Source: Bacteroidales bacterium (GTDB lineage Bacteria > Bacteroidota > Bacteroidia > Bacteroidales > P3). Taken from it: DNA of 64,000 nucleotides. Under the pieces are notes generated by a model. That model searched no databases. It saw only the letters and a program-made list of their open reading frames with translations, and had not been told where the DNA came from. Position numbers and translations under genes: made by a program. The DNA is taken from positions 1,847 to 65,846 of the forward strand of contig CAAGNU010000113.1 in assembly GCA_900771365.1 (NCBI GenBank), written 5' to 3'. Below, one piece after another: positions 28,851-38,043 of this stretch (position 1 is the first letter of the stretch; each line of letters starts with the position of its first letter).

Positions 28851-30053
28851 CTATTGCAGCGTGGCCCAGACTTTGTCGTTTTGGCGATAAATGGTGTAAA
28901 TCTTCGTACCTGCAATCTGGGCGAGACGCACCTGTGCGGCCTGTTCGGGGAAGAGGCGGATGAGCTCTACCCTATCGTAGCGCTCGGCCACAACAGCAGC
29001 GATGTAGAAATCCTTGGTCATGGGGTTGCTGTACTCCAAGAGGAACTCGCCGTCCATCTCTGTGATAGCGGGCTTGTCGGAAAGCTCAGCATTCTTCACG
29101 GGGACGGGTTCAAGAGGCTGCTTGCAGCATTCCACTTTGACATTGTTGTACGAGAGGCTAACACCTCCGCAAAGGGGGCAGCAAAATATTTTCAGACGGT
29201 TCATATTGATAGTTTTTATGGGATTCCTTTGCTCAACAGGCACCTGAACAATGGTGAGCCACTTCTCGGGGTCGCTCTGGTTCCAGATTCCGTCAACATA
29301 GCAGGCTCGGGGTGCACCAATCATCTTGTAACCTTCCTTCTCCATATAGGCGAAGAGGTCGAGATAGCTCTGATAGAGGCGGCTGTAGGGGCCGTAGACC
29401 TTCATGCAGAGGGCCATGGGGACCTCGGGGATGTGCTTGAACTTAATGACGTCGCTATCCGCCTTGGCCTCGGCCACCCGTTCACAGTATTCGATATCGA
29501 TATCATGGTCTCTGTACTCTTTATTGTGCTCGAAAGTGTAGCAATAGCCCGGCTCAGGACATTCGCATCCGAGACGAGCCATCTCAGGGCCTATCACGTT
29601 GCAGCACAGGGCACCAAGGTCGTCATAGCTCTTGATTGTCCCACGATATGAGGCCACAGTCATGGCCGGGATGCTTTGGATTGAAAATTTTTCCATGTTC
29701 ATGTTCATTATTTGTGCGTTCAGCATGGCCTGTAGACGGTCGCGACGCATCACCATCTCACGCAGCATTGCTTCGGTCTGGCGGATTTTGGCCTCTATCT
29801 GCTCCATGGTGGGAATTTGCGACTCGCTGGACATCATGTCGCATATCTCTTCAAGCGAGAATCCTGACTCCTTCAGGCTTCGGATGGCCTCCATCTGCTG
29901 AAGCTGGCTGACGTGGTAGTAGCGGTAGCCTGTCCACTTGTCCACCTCTGCGGGTTTGAGCAATCCTATCGTTTCATAGTGTCTGAGCGTCCGAATCGTC
30001 ACATGGCAAAGTTTGCCGAACTCACCGATTTTTAATTTGTTAATATACTCCAT
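28851..30053 (-). CDS. MerR-family transcriptional regulator with GyrI-like effector-binding domain and Cys-containing C-terminal extension
   Basis: 400 aa. It has an N-terminal MerR HTH (IGEFGKLCHVTIRTLRHYETIGLL), a coiled-coil linker and a GyrI-like domain (KFSIQSIPAMTVASYRG…). An extra C-terminal region carries CCPLCGG…ECC. Confidence 0.8.
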   Translation of the reverse strand: MEYINKLKIGEFGKLCHVTIRTLRHYETIGLLKPAEVDKWTGYRYYHVSQLQQMEAIRSLKESGFSLEEICDMMSSESQIPTMEQIEAKIRQTEAMLREMVMRRDRLQAMLNAQIMNMNMEKFSIQSIPAMTVASYRGTIKSYDDLGALCCNVIGPEMARLGCECPEPGYCYTFEHNKEYRDHDIDIEYCERVAEAKADSDVIKFKHIPEVPMALCMKVYGPYSRLYQSYLDLFAYMEKEGYKMIGAPRACYVDGIWNQSDPEKWLTIVQVPVEQRNPIKTINMNRLKIFCCPLCGGVSLSYNNVKVECCKQPLEPVPVKNAELSDKPAITEMDGEFLLEYSNPMTKDFYIAAVVAERYDRVELIRLFPEQAAQVRLAQIAGTKIYTIYRQNDKVWATLQ

Positions 30054-30083
30054 AACAATTGTGCACGTTTGTTATTCAGTTTG

Positions 30084-30091
30084 CAAAATTA
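30084..30091 (-). promoter_or_regulatory. -7 box (TAATTTTG on minus strand) upstream of the MerR gene
   Basis: Reverse complement of CAAAATTA, about 31 nt upstream of the ATG at 30053. Confidence 0.4.
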
Positions 30092-30245
30092 CGGCGTGAC
30101 GTAACGAACGAGTCAAACACTTTAACTTTTTTTAATAATTTTCTCATGCCGAATGGGGGGACGGAAAGCGCGCTGTAGGCTATCGAGCCACAAAAATAGC
30201 TGTAGTAGATACTATAGATACCATAGCGGACTTCCGCCTTGATAT

Positions 30246-31190
30246 TTAGTTCACAAAGAGTGAGATCCAAGAGAGCAGCTTCTCGTTGAAAAAGTCGCAC
30301 GCCTCCCAATGAATGAAATGTCCGCAGGTTTTCAGCTCTATGTAGTAGAGGTTGCTGTAGAGAGCCGACATCAGCTCTTTGTTGTTGGGTTCGAGTCCGC
30401 TGTTCTGGGTGCAGACAACAAAGACAGGCACATCAATCACGCTGCCATCCCAGTAACGGTGGTCGATGAGGTTGCTCATGGTGCTGCAAGCCACATACTG
30501 CGGCGTTTCGGGCATCACGCGCATGGCGTAATCGGTGATATCCTGCGGGGTGTAGGGACCAGCCAGCGAGGCGACAAACTGCGAGATATTCTCTTTGACA
30601 CCCTCGCCACAGAAGCTCGATGCGAAGGCCTGCACAGCACCTTCGTATGCGGCCAAGGCTTGCGGCTCTTGGGGATAGAGACAGTAGACGCCGTCCACAT
30701 CGCAGAGTCCTGCAACCCGCTCAGGATAGGTGAGCGCGAACTGGCGGCATACCGGAGTGCCTAAGCTGTGTCCTATCAAGACCACGCGGCTCGTATCTCC
30801 CAAAGCCTTATCCACCACAGTTTTCAAAGCCGTGGCAAAGAGGTCCAAGGTGTAATCGACTTGAGGCTTGTCGCTTTGTCCGTAGCCTGGCAGGTCCACG
30901 AAGAGCATTCTGAGGGTGGTGTCGTCCCTAAAAGCCTCATACTGATACTCCCAAGCGTTTATATCGCAGCCAAATCCGTGGACAAACACGAGGGTGCGAC
31001 TCCCCTCGCCTACCATCTTATAATGAACCTTCACGCCATCCATCTCAACAAACTGAGAGGGGACTTTTGAAAGCCTCTGCCGCTTGGGTTGCGAAGGATG
31101 TAGGACAGCGATTAGAACCGCGGCCACTACGGCAACAGCCAACAGGGTGAACACTATTTTTTTACATCTTGAAGAGTTTTGCTTATTCAT
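30246..31190 (-). CDS. alpha/beta-fold hydrolase (secreted/anchored)
   Basis: 314 aa. It has an N-terminal hydrophobic anchor and a GHSLG nucleophile elbow (VLIGHSLGTPV). Confidence 0.8.
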   Translation of the reverse strand: MNKQNSSRCKKIVFTLLAVAVVAAVLIAVLHPSQPKRQRLSKVPSQFVEMDGVKVHYKMVGEGSRTLVFVHGFGCDINAWEYQYEAFRDDTTLRMLFVDLPGYGQSDKPQVDYTLDLFATALKTVVDKALGDTSRVVLIGHSLGTPVCRQFALTYPERVAGLCDVDGVYCLYPQEPQALAAYEGAVQAFASSFCGEGVKENISQFVASLAGPYTPQDITDYAMRVMPETPQYVACSTMSNLIDHRYWDGSVIDVPVFVVCTQNSGLEPNNKELMSALYSNLYYIELKTCGHFIHWEACDFFNEKLLSWISLFVN

Positions 31191-31292
31191 GTTGTTTGTG
31201 ATTTAGTAGATATGATTTAACAAAATGGCTTACGCCTTAAATTGAAAATAGCGAATTGAGCAGGAGTAAACCTACCGATTCGATATTCCACA

Positions 31293-31817
31293 TCAATAAT
31301 TAATTAGTTTGAGGACTCTCACGGGCTTTTCGGAGCCTACCTGGAGGTTGGGGCACCGAGTCTCGAACTGGCAGTCTTGGAAGCCGAGGTGGAGCATGAC
31401 CTTTGCTGAGGCGGGGTTGTCGAGGAAGCAGTCGCCCCAAAGGGCGGCGAAGTGCTTTTCTTCAAAGCAATAGCGGACAACCTCGCGAAGGGCCTCGGTA
31501 CAGATGCCTCGGTTCCAAAAGGGGCGTGCCACCCAGTAGCCCACCTCGACCTCGTCTGGGGATATGTCGAGATTGCAGGCCTCGGCAGGGAGATAGCCCA
31601 CACAGCCTATAGGCTCATCGCTTTCACAAAGCGTAATAGCCCACATATACTCGTTGCTGAAAACGGATTCTATGATGGCGCGGCTCTCCTCAACATTCTT
31701 GTGAGGAGGCCAGCCAGCACGTGGTCCCACTTCGGGGTCGGAAGCGTATTTGTAGAGGTTTTCTGCATCATCCGCACGCCAAGAGCGGAGAATAAGTCGT
31801 GGTGTTTGTAGTATCAT
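31293..31817 (-). CDS. GNAT-family N-acetyltransferase
   Basis: 174 aa. The RimJ/RimL-like N-terminus reads MILQTPRLILRSWRADDAENLYKYASDPEV. An acetyl-CoA binding core is present (…WNRGICTEALREVVRYCF…). Confidence 0.8.
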   Translation of the reverse strand: MILQTPRLILRSWRADDAENLYKYASDPEVGPRAGWPPHKNVEESRAIIESVFSNEYMWAITLCESDEPIGCVGYLPAEACNLDISPDEVEVGYWVARPFWNRGICTEALREVVRYCFEEKHFAALWGDCFLDNPASAKVMLHLGFQDCQFETRCPNLQVGSEKPVRVLKLINY

Positions 31818-31845
31818 TCTTTTTTAAGTGAATTGTAAGTTTGGC

Positions 31846-32604
31846 TCAGTCAGGCATGGCCGCGGAAATCAATAGACTGGCCACCTTGTCAGGATGGTCG
31901 ATAATAAGTTGTGCATGTTGCATCTTGGGGAAGACAGTAACGAGGGCGTCGGGTCTGACTTCCAAGACATGGTCAGCACAACGCTTCATAACCCAGGCCT
32001 CTTTGCTGCCATACCAAAAGGCGACCTTGGTGGCCGAGGGAAGGTGCTGAAGGCGATAGGCGAAAAGCGTGCGATAGACGTTGATGGGAGTCCTCGTGCC
32101 GCCCGAGGGGAAGGTCTTGGCCACCTCATCAATAGTAAAACGGAAATAATGAGAGGGGAAGATTTTTTTATAAAGCCCTCGGAAATGATAGGTGCACCAG
32201 CAGTTAGCCGACTGATAATAGGCACAAAGTAGGGTAAAAAGTTTTCCGTATGGCAAAACTGGGCCAGCATCTATGATAAGGTTATGGACGGGGACGAGCT
32301 CCAACTCTATGAAACGGGCTGCAATACCTCCGCCTAAGGAGATACCATAGAGGGTGTGAACCTCTGAGCAGCCAATCGAACGGAGATAAGTGCCAATCTC
32401 TCGTGCAGCTGCATCTATCGTGGTGAAGCACGACTTTTCAGTTTTCCCGTCTTCGTAGATATGTCCGTCAAGCATGGGGACAACGATATGGTAGCCGCCT
32501 TGCAGCCGAGAGACAAGCGGATTGAACAGCTCCCACGAGACAAAGAGCCCGTGGATGAGCAGGAGGGTCGGGGATTCTCTATCGCCAAATTCTTTAAATC
32601 GCAT
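31846..32604 (-). CDS. alpha/beta-fold hydrolase
   Basis: 252 aa. It carries an HGLF oxyanion region (TLLLIHGLFVSWELF) and a GISLGG nucleophile elbow. Confidence 0.75.
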   Translation of the reverse strand: MRFKEFGDRESPTLLLIHGLFVSWELFNPLVSRLQGGYHIVVPMLDGHIYEDGKTEKSCFTTIDAAAREIGTYLRSIGCSEVHTLYGISLGGGIAARFIELELVPVHNLIIDAGPVLPYGKLFTLLCAYYQSANCWCTYHFRGLYKKIFPSHYFRFTIDEVAKTFPSGGTRTPINVYRTLFAYRLQHLPSATKVAFWYGSKEAWVMKRCADHVLEVRPDALVTVFPKMQHAQLIIDHPDKVASLLISAAMPD

Positions 32605-33217
32605 AGCTTGAAATCTCTTTTTGAAGGTTGTCTAAGAACTTTGCACCCTGCATCCCGTCCATCTGAACATGATGAAACTGGAAGGAGACGGGAAGGCTGT
32701 ATCGGAAGCATTTTCTGCGATACTTTGCCCACATCACCATGGGGTTGAGGAACTTATCGGTATATTGATTTACGATGGTGTCTATCTCTGTGGAGATGAG
32801 GGCCGAGGTGCCGATGATCATACTTTCGGGCAGGAAAGAGCTTATAGAAGTCTCTGAAGCCTTGCGGGTTAGCTGCTGATATTGCTTACCGAAATCCTTC
32901 ACATCTTCCAAGAAAGGAATATCGCATGAATTGATGCCCCCGTCCTTATTGGGAACGATAACATTCACGGCCAGGCTGCTGTAGCGATACATGATTCCTT
33001 TCTCGGGGAGCACGAAGAACTCGGGAATGGTGCTGGCAGCCTTGCAGATTGCGTGGCAGAGCAACATATTGAGTGAAAGTTTGTTCCGTTTTGAGAGACG
33101 GACTACATGGGTAATATCCATAGTCTTGGTAAGCGTCACCATAGGCATGGGAGAAGACATCCACAGAGAAAATGCTGCGGCACGAGAGGTGGTTTGAGGA
33201 TCGATAGGCTCTTTCAT
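32594..33217 (-). CDS. chloramphenicol O-acetyltransferase-family (CAT type A-like) acetyltransferase
   Basis: 207 aa. The C-terminal block …LPVSFQFHHVQMDGMQGAKFLDNLQ aligns with the CAT active-site region …[25 protein letters not shown]. The N-terminal block (DITHVVRLSK…) is also CAT-like. It overlaps the upstream hydrolase gene by 11 nt. Confidence 0.7.
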   Translation of the reverse strand: MKEPIDPQTTSRAAAFSLWMSSPMPMVTLTKTMDITHVVRLSKRNKLSLNMLLCHAICKAASTIPEFFVLPEKGIMYRYSSLAVNVIVPNKDGGINSCDIPFLEDVKDFGKQYQQLTRKASETSISSFLPESMIIGTSALISTEIDTIVNQYTDKFLNPMVMWAKYRRKCFRYSLPVSFQFHHVQMDGMQGAKFLDNLQKEISSYAI

Positions 33218-33258
33218 TAGGTGGGATAATTAGGAGATTTGAAGGACTGCTCCTGCCC

Positions 33259-33618
33259 TTATTCACAATTCAATACACGGTCTTTCTTGGGCAGTTTCTT
33301 GTTTACCTCCTCCCAGGCATGGCGGGCGAGCTGGCGGATGAGATCTTCTGGGACATCGCGGTCGAGGTATACCTGGTTCCAGTATTTCTTGTTGCAATGA
33401 TAGGCAGGCTCCACACCGCCATACTGCTCACGAAGCTCTATGGCTCGCTCGGCCTCGCATTTCATCACGACAATCTGCGGCTTGTCGAGAAAGATGCATG
33501 CAAATATCTTACCTTTCAGACGAAACGCCACCACGGTATCATCATAGGGCATATCCTCTGTTACAAAGGGCAGAGAGAGGCAGCACTCTCGGAAATCTTC
33601 TATGTTCATGTTGTGCAA
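33259..33618 (-). CDS. MmcQ/YjbR-family protein
   Basis: 119 aa. It has a YjbR-like fold signature (MNIEDFRECCLSLPFVTEDMPYDDTVVAFRLKGKIFACIFLD…). Confidence 0.55.
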   Translation of the reverse strand: MHNMNIEDFRECCLSLPFVTEDMPYDDTVVAFRLKGKIFACIFLDKPQIVVMKCEAERAIELREQYGGVEPAYHCNKKYWNQVYLDRDVPEDLIRQLARHAWEEVNKKLPKKDRVLNCE

Positions 33619-33729
33619 TAGTTTTGAAGGCTTGAAGATTTGAAGATTAGAAGATTTGAAGGCTCGAAAACCTACAAATCCTCTAATCTTTAAACCTTTT
33701 TACGATTTACCTTTCACAATTCACTTTGC

Positions 33730-36249
33730 CTATATATTGGCTCCTGCGGAGACTTGTCCAATACGGCCGGCTTCGTCGAAGTTGCCGACATTACGGTGTT
33801 TGAGCGGCTTCTGTGCTGCGCCGAAGTTCCACTGAAGGCCTACTTTTACGCGCTGCATGAGGTACTGCTGCTCGTAGGAGCTCTCCACGCCTTGGGCGGC
33901 AAGGATGGTGAAATCGTTGCTCATAGTGCGGAAGATATCGTTAAAGCTGGCGTTGAAGATAAGACGGCCGTCGAGGGCGGTCTTCTTCACGCTGATGCCG
34001 CTAACAAAGTTGCTGGAGACATGGATGTAGCCCGCAGAGACAGGTGTGGAGGCCTGGACATCAAGCTGCAGCTTCCAGTCCGCGGGGAGGTTCCATGTGA
34101 GACAGCCATAGAGGGTGCCGAGGAATGAGAGGCTTTCGTAGGGCTCGTCCTGGCTGGACACGCCCACCACGAGACTGGGAGTAGAGGGGGCGGAGTTGCG
34201 GACACCGTATGCCCCGCCACTGAGGAGGATTGAGAAGGCTTTGCCCAAGGGCAGCTCAGCGAGGGAGAATCCGCCACCGATATACTCCATGCGGCCGAAG
34301 TTGTCGGTCTTGAGGATTTGCTCGCCCGTGGTGATGTCAATCTGCGGGGTGGCAGAAAGGACATCTTTATTGCTGATATAGTTGGCATAGAGGGTGAGGT
34401 ACTGGCCGAATCCGGCTGTGAGTGCGAAGTTGTTGCTGAAACAGGGCTTCAGGTCGGGGTTGCCCTCGTTGGCGGTATGGGCGTCGATATAGTTGCGGAA
34501 GGGGTTAAGCTGCGAGTAGTTCGGACGCTGGATGCGGCGCGTGTAGCTGAGGTTGATACGCTTCTTCATATCCGTAGAGGTGTAGCCTACAAAGACCGTG
34601 GGGAAGAGATTGAAATAGTCCTGTCTCACCGAGTTCTCGGTATTGTAAGCGTAGGTATACTCCCCACGGAGACCGACTTTCGCGGCCCATTGCTTAATCT
34701 GTGTGGCGAGGGTGGCATAGCCTGCGCCGATATGCTCATGGTAGTCGAATGGCGTGACGGTGTGTGTGCCATCCACGCTCCCGTCTGCGAAAGTGCTGCC
34801 AAAGACTCTGTCGAGGGTGTTGTCGGTCATGGAGAATGCCCACTTGGCGCCTGCCTCCATCATGAACATGCCGAAAACGAGGCTCTGATAATCGACCTTG
34901 GCACTGTAGATATCGACAACATTGTCGGAATGGAGCGTCATATTGTCACGCAGCAAAAGTGGGGCGACCTCAGCAGGGACGGAGAAGAACCGATAGTAGT
35001 TTGCCAAAACATTGTCGGAAAGCTGCACATTGTGCATATAGTCGAGGTTGGCGGTCATTTCAGACATCTTCTGCGGGTCGAAAGTGTGGGTGTAGTTGAT
35101 GTTGCCCATGTACTGCCTGTTGTCGAACTCTGTGCTGGCATACGAATTGACACGCTGCGTGGTAAAGCCGTCTATCTGCTGGAAACTGCGGTTGCAATCC
35201 GTATCGGCCGACTGGAACATGCCGGTCATGGGCATGGTGAAGATGAAGCCGAGCGTGTTCTTATCGTCAATAAACCAATCGTTTCCGAGTTTGAGAGAGC
35301 GGCTCGAAATATGTGCGTCATAGTACGACTGCGAGACCTGAGAGAAATGCTCGCTCGTGGTGGTGGCGTTCACATCCACGCCCATAGGCATGGTGGATTC
35401 GGAGAGTTGGAGGAAAGTGTTAGTCTTCTCGGTACGGTAGTTGAGGTTGAGGTTGACATCCTGCGTGAAATAGAAACTCTTTTGGGGATTGAGCAGTTCC
35501 AAGTTGCGGCTGAAGCCCATGCCGCCGGCGTTTGCCGAGAGCGTTCCGTTGAAGCCTTGTGCGAAAGTGCGCTTGCTCTTGATGTTGATAATACCGCCCT
35601 GTCCCTGAGCGTCGTACTTAGCCGAGGGGTTAGCGATAATCTCAATCTTATCGATGCTCGTTCCCTCCGTGCCGCGGAGGAGTGCCTCAAGACTCTTGCC
35701 ATCGAGGTGCGAGGGGCGGCCGTCAATCCAGACCTCCACGGCCTGGCCGTTCAGTTGCACGTTGCCGTCCTTGTCGATAGAGACGCCCGGAGCCTTGCGC
35801 AACAGGTCGAGGGCGTTGTTGCCCTGGGCGAAAGCGCTCTGGCTCACGTTCATCACCAGCTTGTCCATCTTCTGCTCAATGAGCGGGGCCTTGGCCGTAA
35901 TCTCCACAGCGGCAAGCATCACAGCTTCGTCCTGCTCCATGTAGAGGGTGCCAAGCTCAATCGGGCTTTCGCCGACAGCTATATGCTGAGAATAAGTGAC
36001 ATAACCCATAAATCCTATATTGAGGAGATATTTGCCCTGCTGCTCGGCATTCAGGACAAATTCGCCTCCGGCATCGGTGATAGAGCCCGCCACAATGGCG
36101 CTGTCGGCTCCGAGAAGCCTTACAGTGGCATATGGGACGGGACCATTGTTCGCCTTGTCGAGCACCTTGCCCGAGATACTTGTTTGTGCCTGAAGCGGCA
36201 GGATGGCAAAACAGATTGCCAATGTAAATATATATCTTCTAAGTTTCAT
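33730..36249 (-). CDS. outer-membrane beta-barrel protein with N-terminal carboxypeptidase-regulatory-like domain (TonB-dependent-receptor-like)
   Basis: 839 aa. It has a signal peptide, a CarbopepD_reg-like start (ISGKVLDKANNGPVPYATVRLLGADS) and a plug-like region. A long beta-barrel ends in an aromatic-rich C-terminus. Confidence 0.8.
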   Translation of the reverse strand: MKLRRYIFTLAICFAILPLQAQTSISGKVLDKANNGPVPYATVRLLGADSAIVAGSITDAGGEFVLNAEQQGKYLLNIGFMGYVTYSQHIAVGESPIELGTLYMEQDEAVMLAAVEITAKAPLIEQKMDKLVMNVSQSAFAQGNNALDLLRKAPGVSIDKDGNVQLNGQAVEVWIDGRPSHLDGKSLEALLRGTEGTSIDKIEIIANPSAKYDAQGQGGIINIKSKRTFAQGFNGTLSANAGGMGFSRNLELLNPQKSFYFTQDVNLNLNYRTEKTNTFLQLSESTMPMGVDVNATTTSEHFSQVSQSYYDAHISSRSLKLGNDWFIDDKNTLGFIFTMPMTGMFQSADTDCNRSFQQIDGFTTQRVNSYASTEFDNRQYMGNINYTHTFDPQKMSEMTANLDYMHNVQLSDNVLANYYRFFSVPAEVAPLLLRDNMTLHSDNVVDIYSAKVDYQSLVFGMFMMEAGAKWAFSMTDNTLDRVFGSTFADGSVDGTHTVTPFDYHEHIGAGYATLATQIKQWAAKVGLRGEYTYAYNTENSVRQDYFNLFPTVFVGYTSTDMKKRINLSYTRRIQRPNYSQLNPFRNYIDAHTANEGNPDLKPCFSNNFALTAGFGQYLTLYANYISNKDVLSATPQIDITTGEQILKTDNFGRMEYIGGGFSLAELPLGKAFSILLSGGAYGVRNSAPSTPSLVVGVSSQDEPYESLSFLGTLYGCLTWNLPADWKLQLDVQASTPVSAGYIHVSSNFVSGISVKKTALDGRLIFNASFNDIFRTMSNDFTILAAQGVESSYEQQYLMQRVKVGLQWNFGAAQKPLKHRNVGNFDEAGRIGQVSAGANI

Positions 36250-36335
36250 ATTCTAATTGTGATATGTGAATTGTGATGTGAATTGTGATATGTGAATTGA
36301 AAGGGTAAAAACGACTCACCCTATTCACTATTTTA

Positions 36336-36911
36336 TTACTTTTCGATGCTGTCGATTATCTCGTCGACACGCTTCAACGTGTTGCGTTCCAGTTTGATGC
36401 CGATAAAGCCGCCGATAAGGAGACCCACTACGAGGCCTACTATCATGGCACGAGCCATATTCGCGTCCTCAAAGCGAACCGACACCTCGTAGATGAACCA
36501 CACAGTCCACACAGCCAGCATGGGGTAGCCGATATAGTGCCAGCCGCGATAGTCCTTCTTCAGCTTGCGCATACGCTTGGCAGCCGTGAGCAGGTCGCCG
36601 TTCATGATATCAGGCGTGAAGCCACGATGGTCAATCCAAGTGAAAAGCATACACACCAGCATCATCACCACCGTGTAGGCAAGCAGCCAGTTGCTGAAGC
36701 CGTAATATGGGAACACAAACGCAACCAGCACTATCGCCAAGACTGCCGAGAGACTGTTGGTCCACGCCTTATGGTTGATAAGCTCTATCTTCTGCTTCAT
36801 CGTCTCACGCATCACCCTGTCGTTCACAATCTCCTCATGCTCCAGCTTGCTCTTCAGCAAAGCCATCTGGGCACGCATCTCTTCTAATTCATTATGACTG
36901 ATATTATCCAT
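36336..36911 (-). CDS. hypothetical membrane protein (possible anti-sigma factor partner of the adjacent ECF sigma)
   Basis: 191 aa. It has an N-terminal cytoplasmic coiled-coil (…EEMRAQMALLKSKLEHEEIV…) and 3-4 TM segments. It lies immediately downstream of the ECF sigma gene. Confidence 0.45.
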   Translation of the reverse strand: MDNISHNELEEMRAQMALLKSKLEHEEIVNDRVMRETMKQKIELINHKAWTNSLSAVLAIVLVAFVFPYYGFSNWLLAYTVVMMLVCMLFTWIDHRGFTPDIMNGDLLTAAKRMRKLKKDYRGWHYIGYPMLAVWTVWFIYEVSVRFEDANMARAMIVGLVVGLLIGGFIGIKLERNTLKRVDEIIDSIEK

Positions 36912-36985
36912 ATTAAATTTTCAATAAAGAATGGTTAGTAATAAATTGTAAAATGCTCTGCAACCATCTGTCGCAACCCGCGAGC

Positions 36986-37480
36986 CTATCTGTCGGAGCG
37001 GCACGCCTCTATGAGCTGCTGCTTGATGCGTACCAGCTTGACCGACACATTCTGGGGCGTGATGCCCATAATAGCCCCGATATCCTCGTAGCTCATATTC
37101 TCCAGCCACAGCAGGATGAGCGCCCTATCCATCACGCCGAGCTTGTTGATGCGGGCGTAGAGCTGGCGGATCTGCTTGCTGTCCTCGTCCGTGTCGGCAA
37201 AGAGGTCGCCCGCCATCGAGAGGGGCACACGCTCACCCCTTCGCCGCTTCTTGCGCTCTGTGGAGAGGCAAGTGTTCAGCGTCACGCGCCACACCCAGGT
37301 GTCCGCCTTCGCCTCTCCGCGAAAACTGTCAAAGCCCAGCCAAAGATTGATGAGCGCATCCTGGAAAAGGTCCTGCACCTCGTCATGGTCCCTGGAGAAC
37401 ATATAGCACACCGTGTATATCGTGCCCTTATGCTCGCGGACTATCTTTTCAAATTCTCTTTCCTTGTCTTCCATCTTCAA
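36986..37480 (-). CDS. RNA polymerase ECF-type sigma-70 factor
   Basis: 164 aa. Region 2 (FEKIVREHKGTIYTVCYMF…DLFQDALINLW) and the region 4 HTH (LENMSYEDIGAIMGITPQNVSVKLVRIKQQL) are present. Confidence 0.85.
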   Translation of the reverse strand: MKMEDKEREFEKIVREHKGTIYTVCYMFSRDHDEVQDLFQDALINLWLGFDSFRGEAKADTWVWRVTLNTCLSTERKKRRRGERVPLSMAGDLFADTDEDSKQIRQLYARINKLGVMDRALILLWLENMSYEDIGAIMGITPQNVSVKLVRIKQQLIEACRSDR

Positions 37481-37482
37481 AA

Positions 37483-37557
37483 ATAGTTAGGCCTCGAAAA
37501 TAGCCATTAAAAAGCTGAAAACTGTTGCCAAAGCTCCGAATAAAAGAATTGCGTTCA
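37483..37557 (-). CDS. possible 24-aa hydrophobic micro-protein (MNAILLFGALATVFSFLMAIFEA)
   Basis: A short ORF ends 3 nt upstream of the sigma gene start. It is entirely hydrophobic and TM-like. No further support. Confidence 0.2.
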
Positions 37558-38043
37558 TGATATTGTCCTTTCTTTTTTAATTGTTTGTTGTGTTACAAAT
37601 TTTGTTCCTGCCAGTTCCGAACTGGTTTTGCATATTAGACGCAATTCTTGCCAAAAAACTACAAAAAAAAATCAATTTTTTACTTAGTCGCTCATTCTCA
37701 ATACATTATTTACATGAATTGTGAATATTTGTGAATTGTGAAAAGTGAATTGAAAGACAACGGCTCCTGCCCAATTATCAATCCTCAATCCTCAATTCAA
37801 AACAGCCTATACCTATAAAAATGAATACATTGCTTTGTAATATTACAAAGATTAATTTTTGCAAAGATACGCATAATTCCCGACATACGCAAACAGAAAA
37901 ATCAACGATTGGCATCTATAAAAAAACAAAGATGTTTGAAACGAAACGTCCGGGAAATCATTCTCGAAACAGGATTGTGGAACTACAGCTTTTAAATCTC
38001 ACAAAAAGCGAGAAGAATGAGTGCCCCAACCTCCCCTTCGCCC

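Noticed and set aside
34318-36276. 652-aa plus-strand ORF antisense to the outer-membrane beta-barrel gene
   Set aside because: Shadow ORF. The minus frame has CarbopepD_reg and barrel features.
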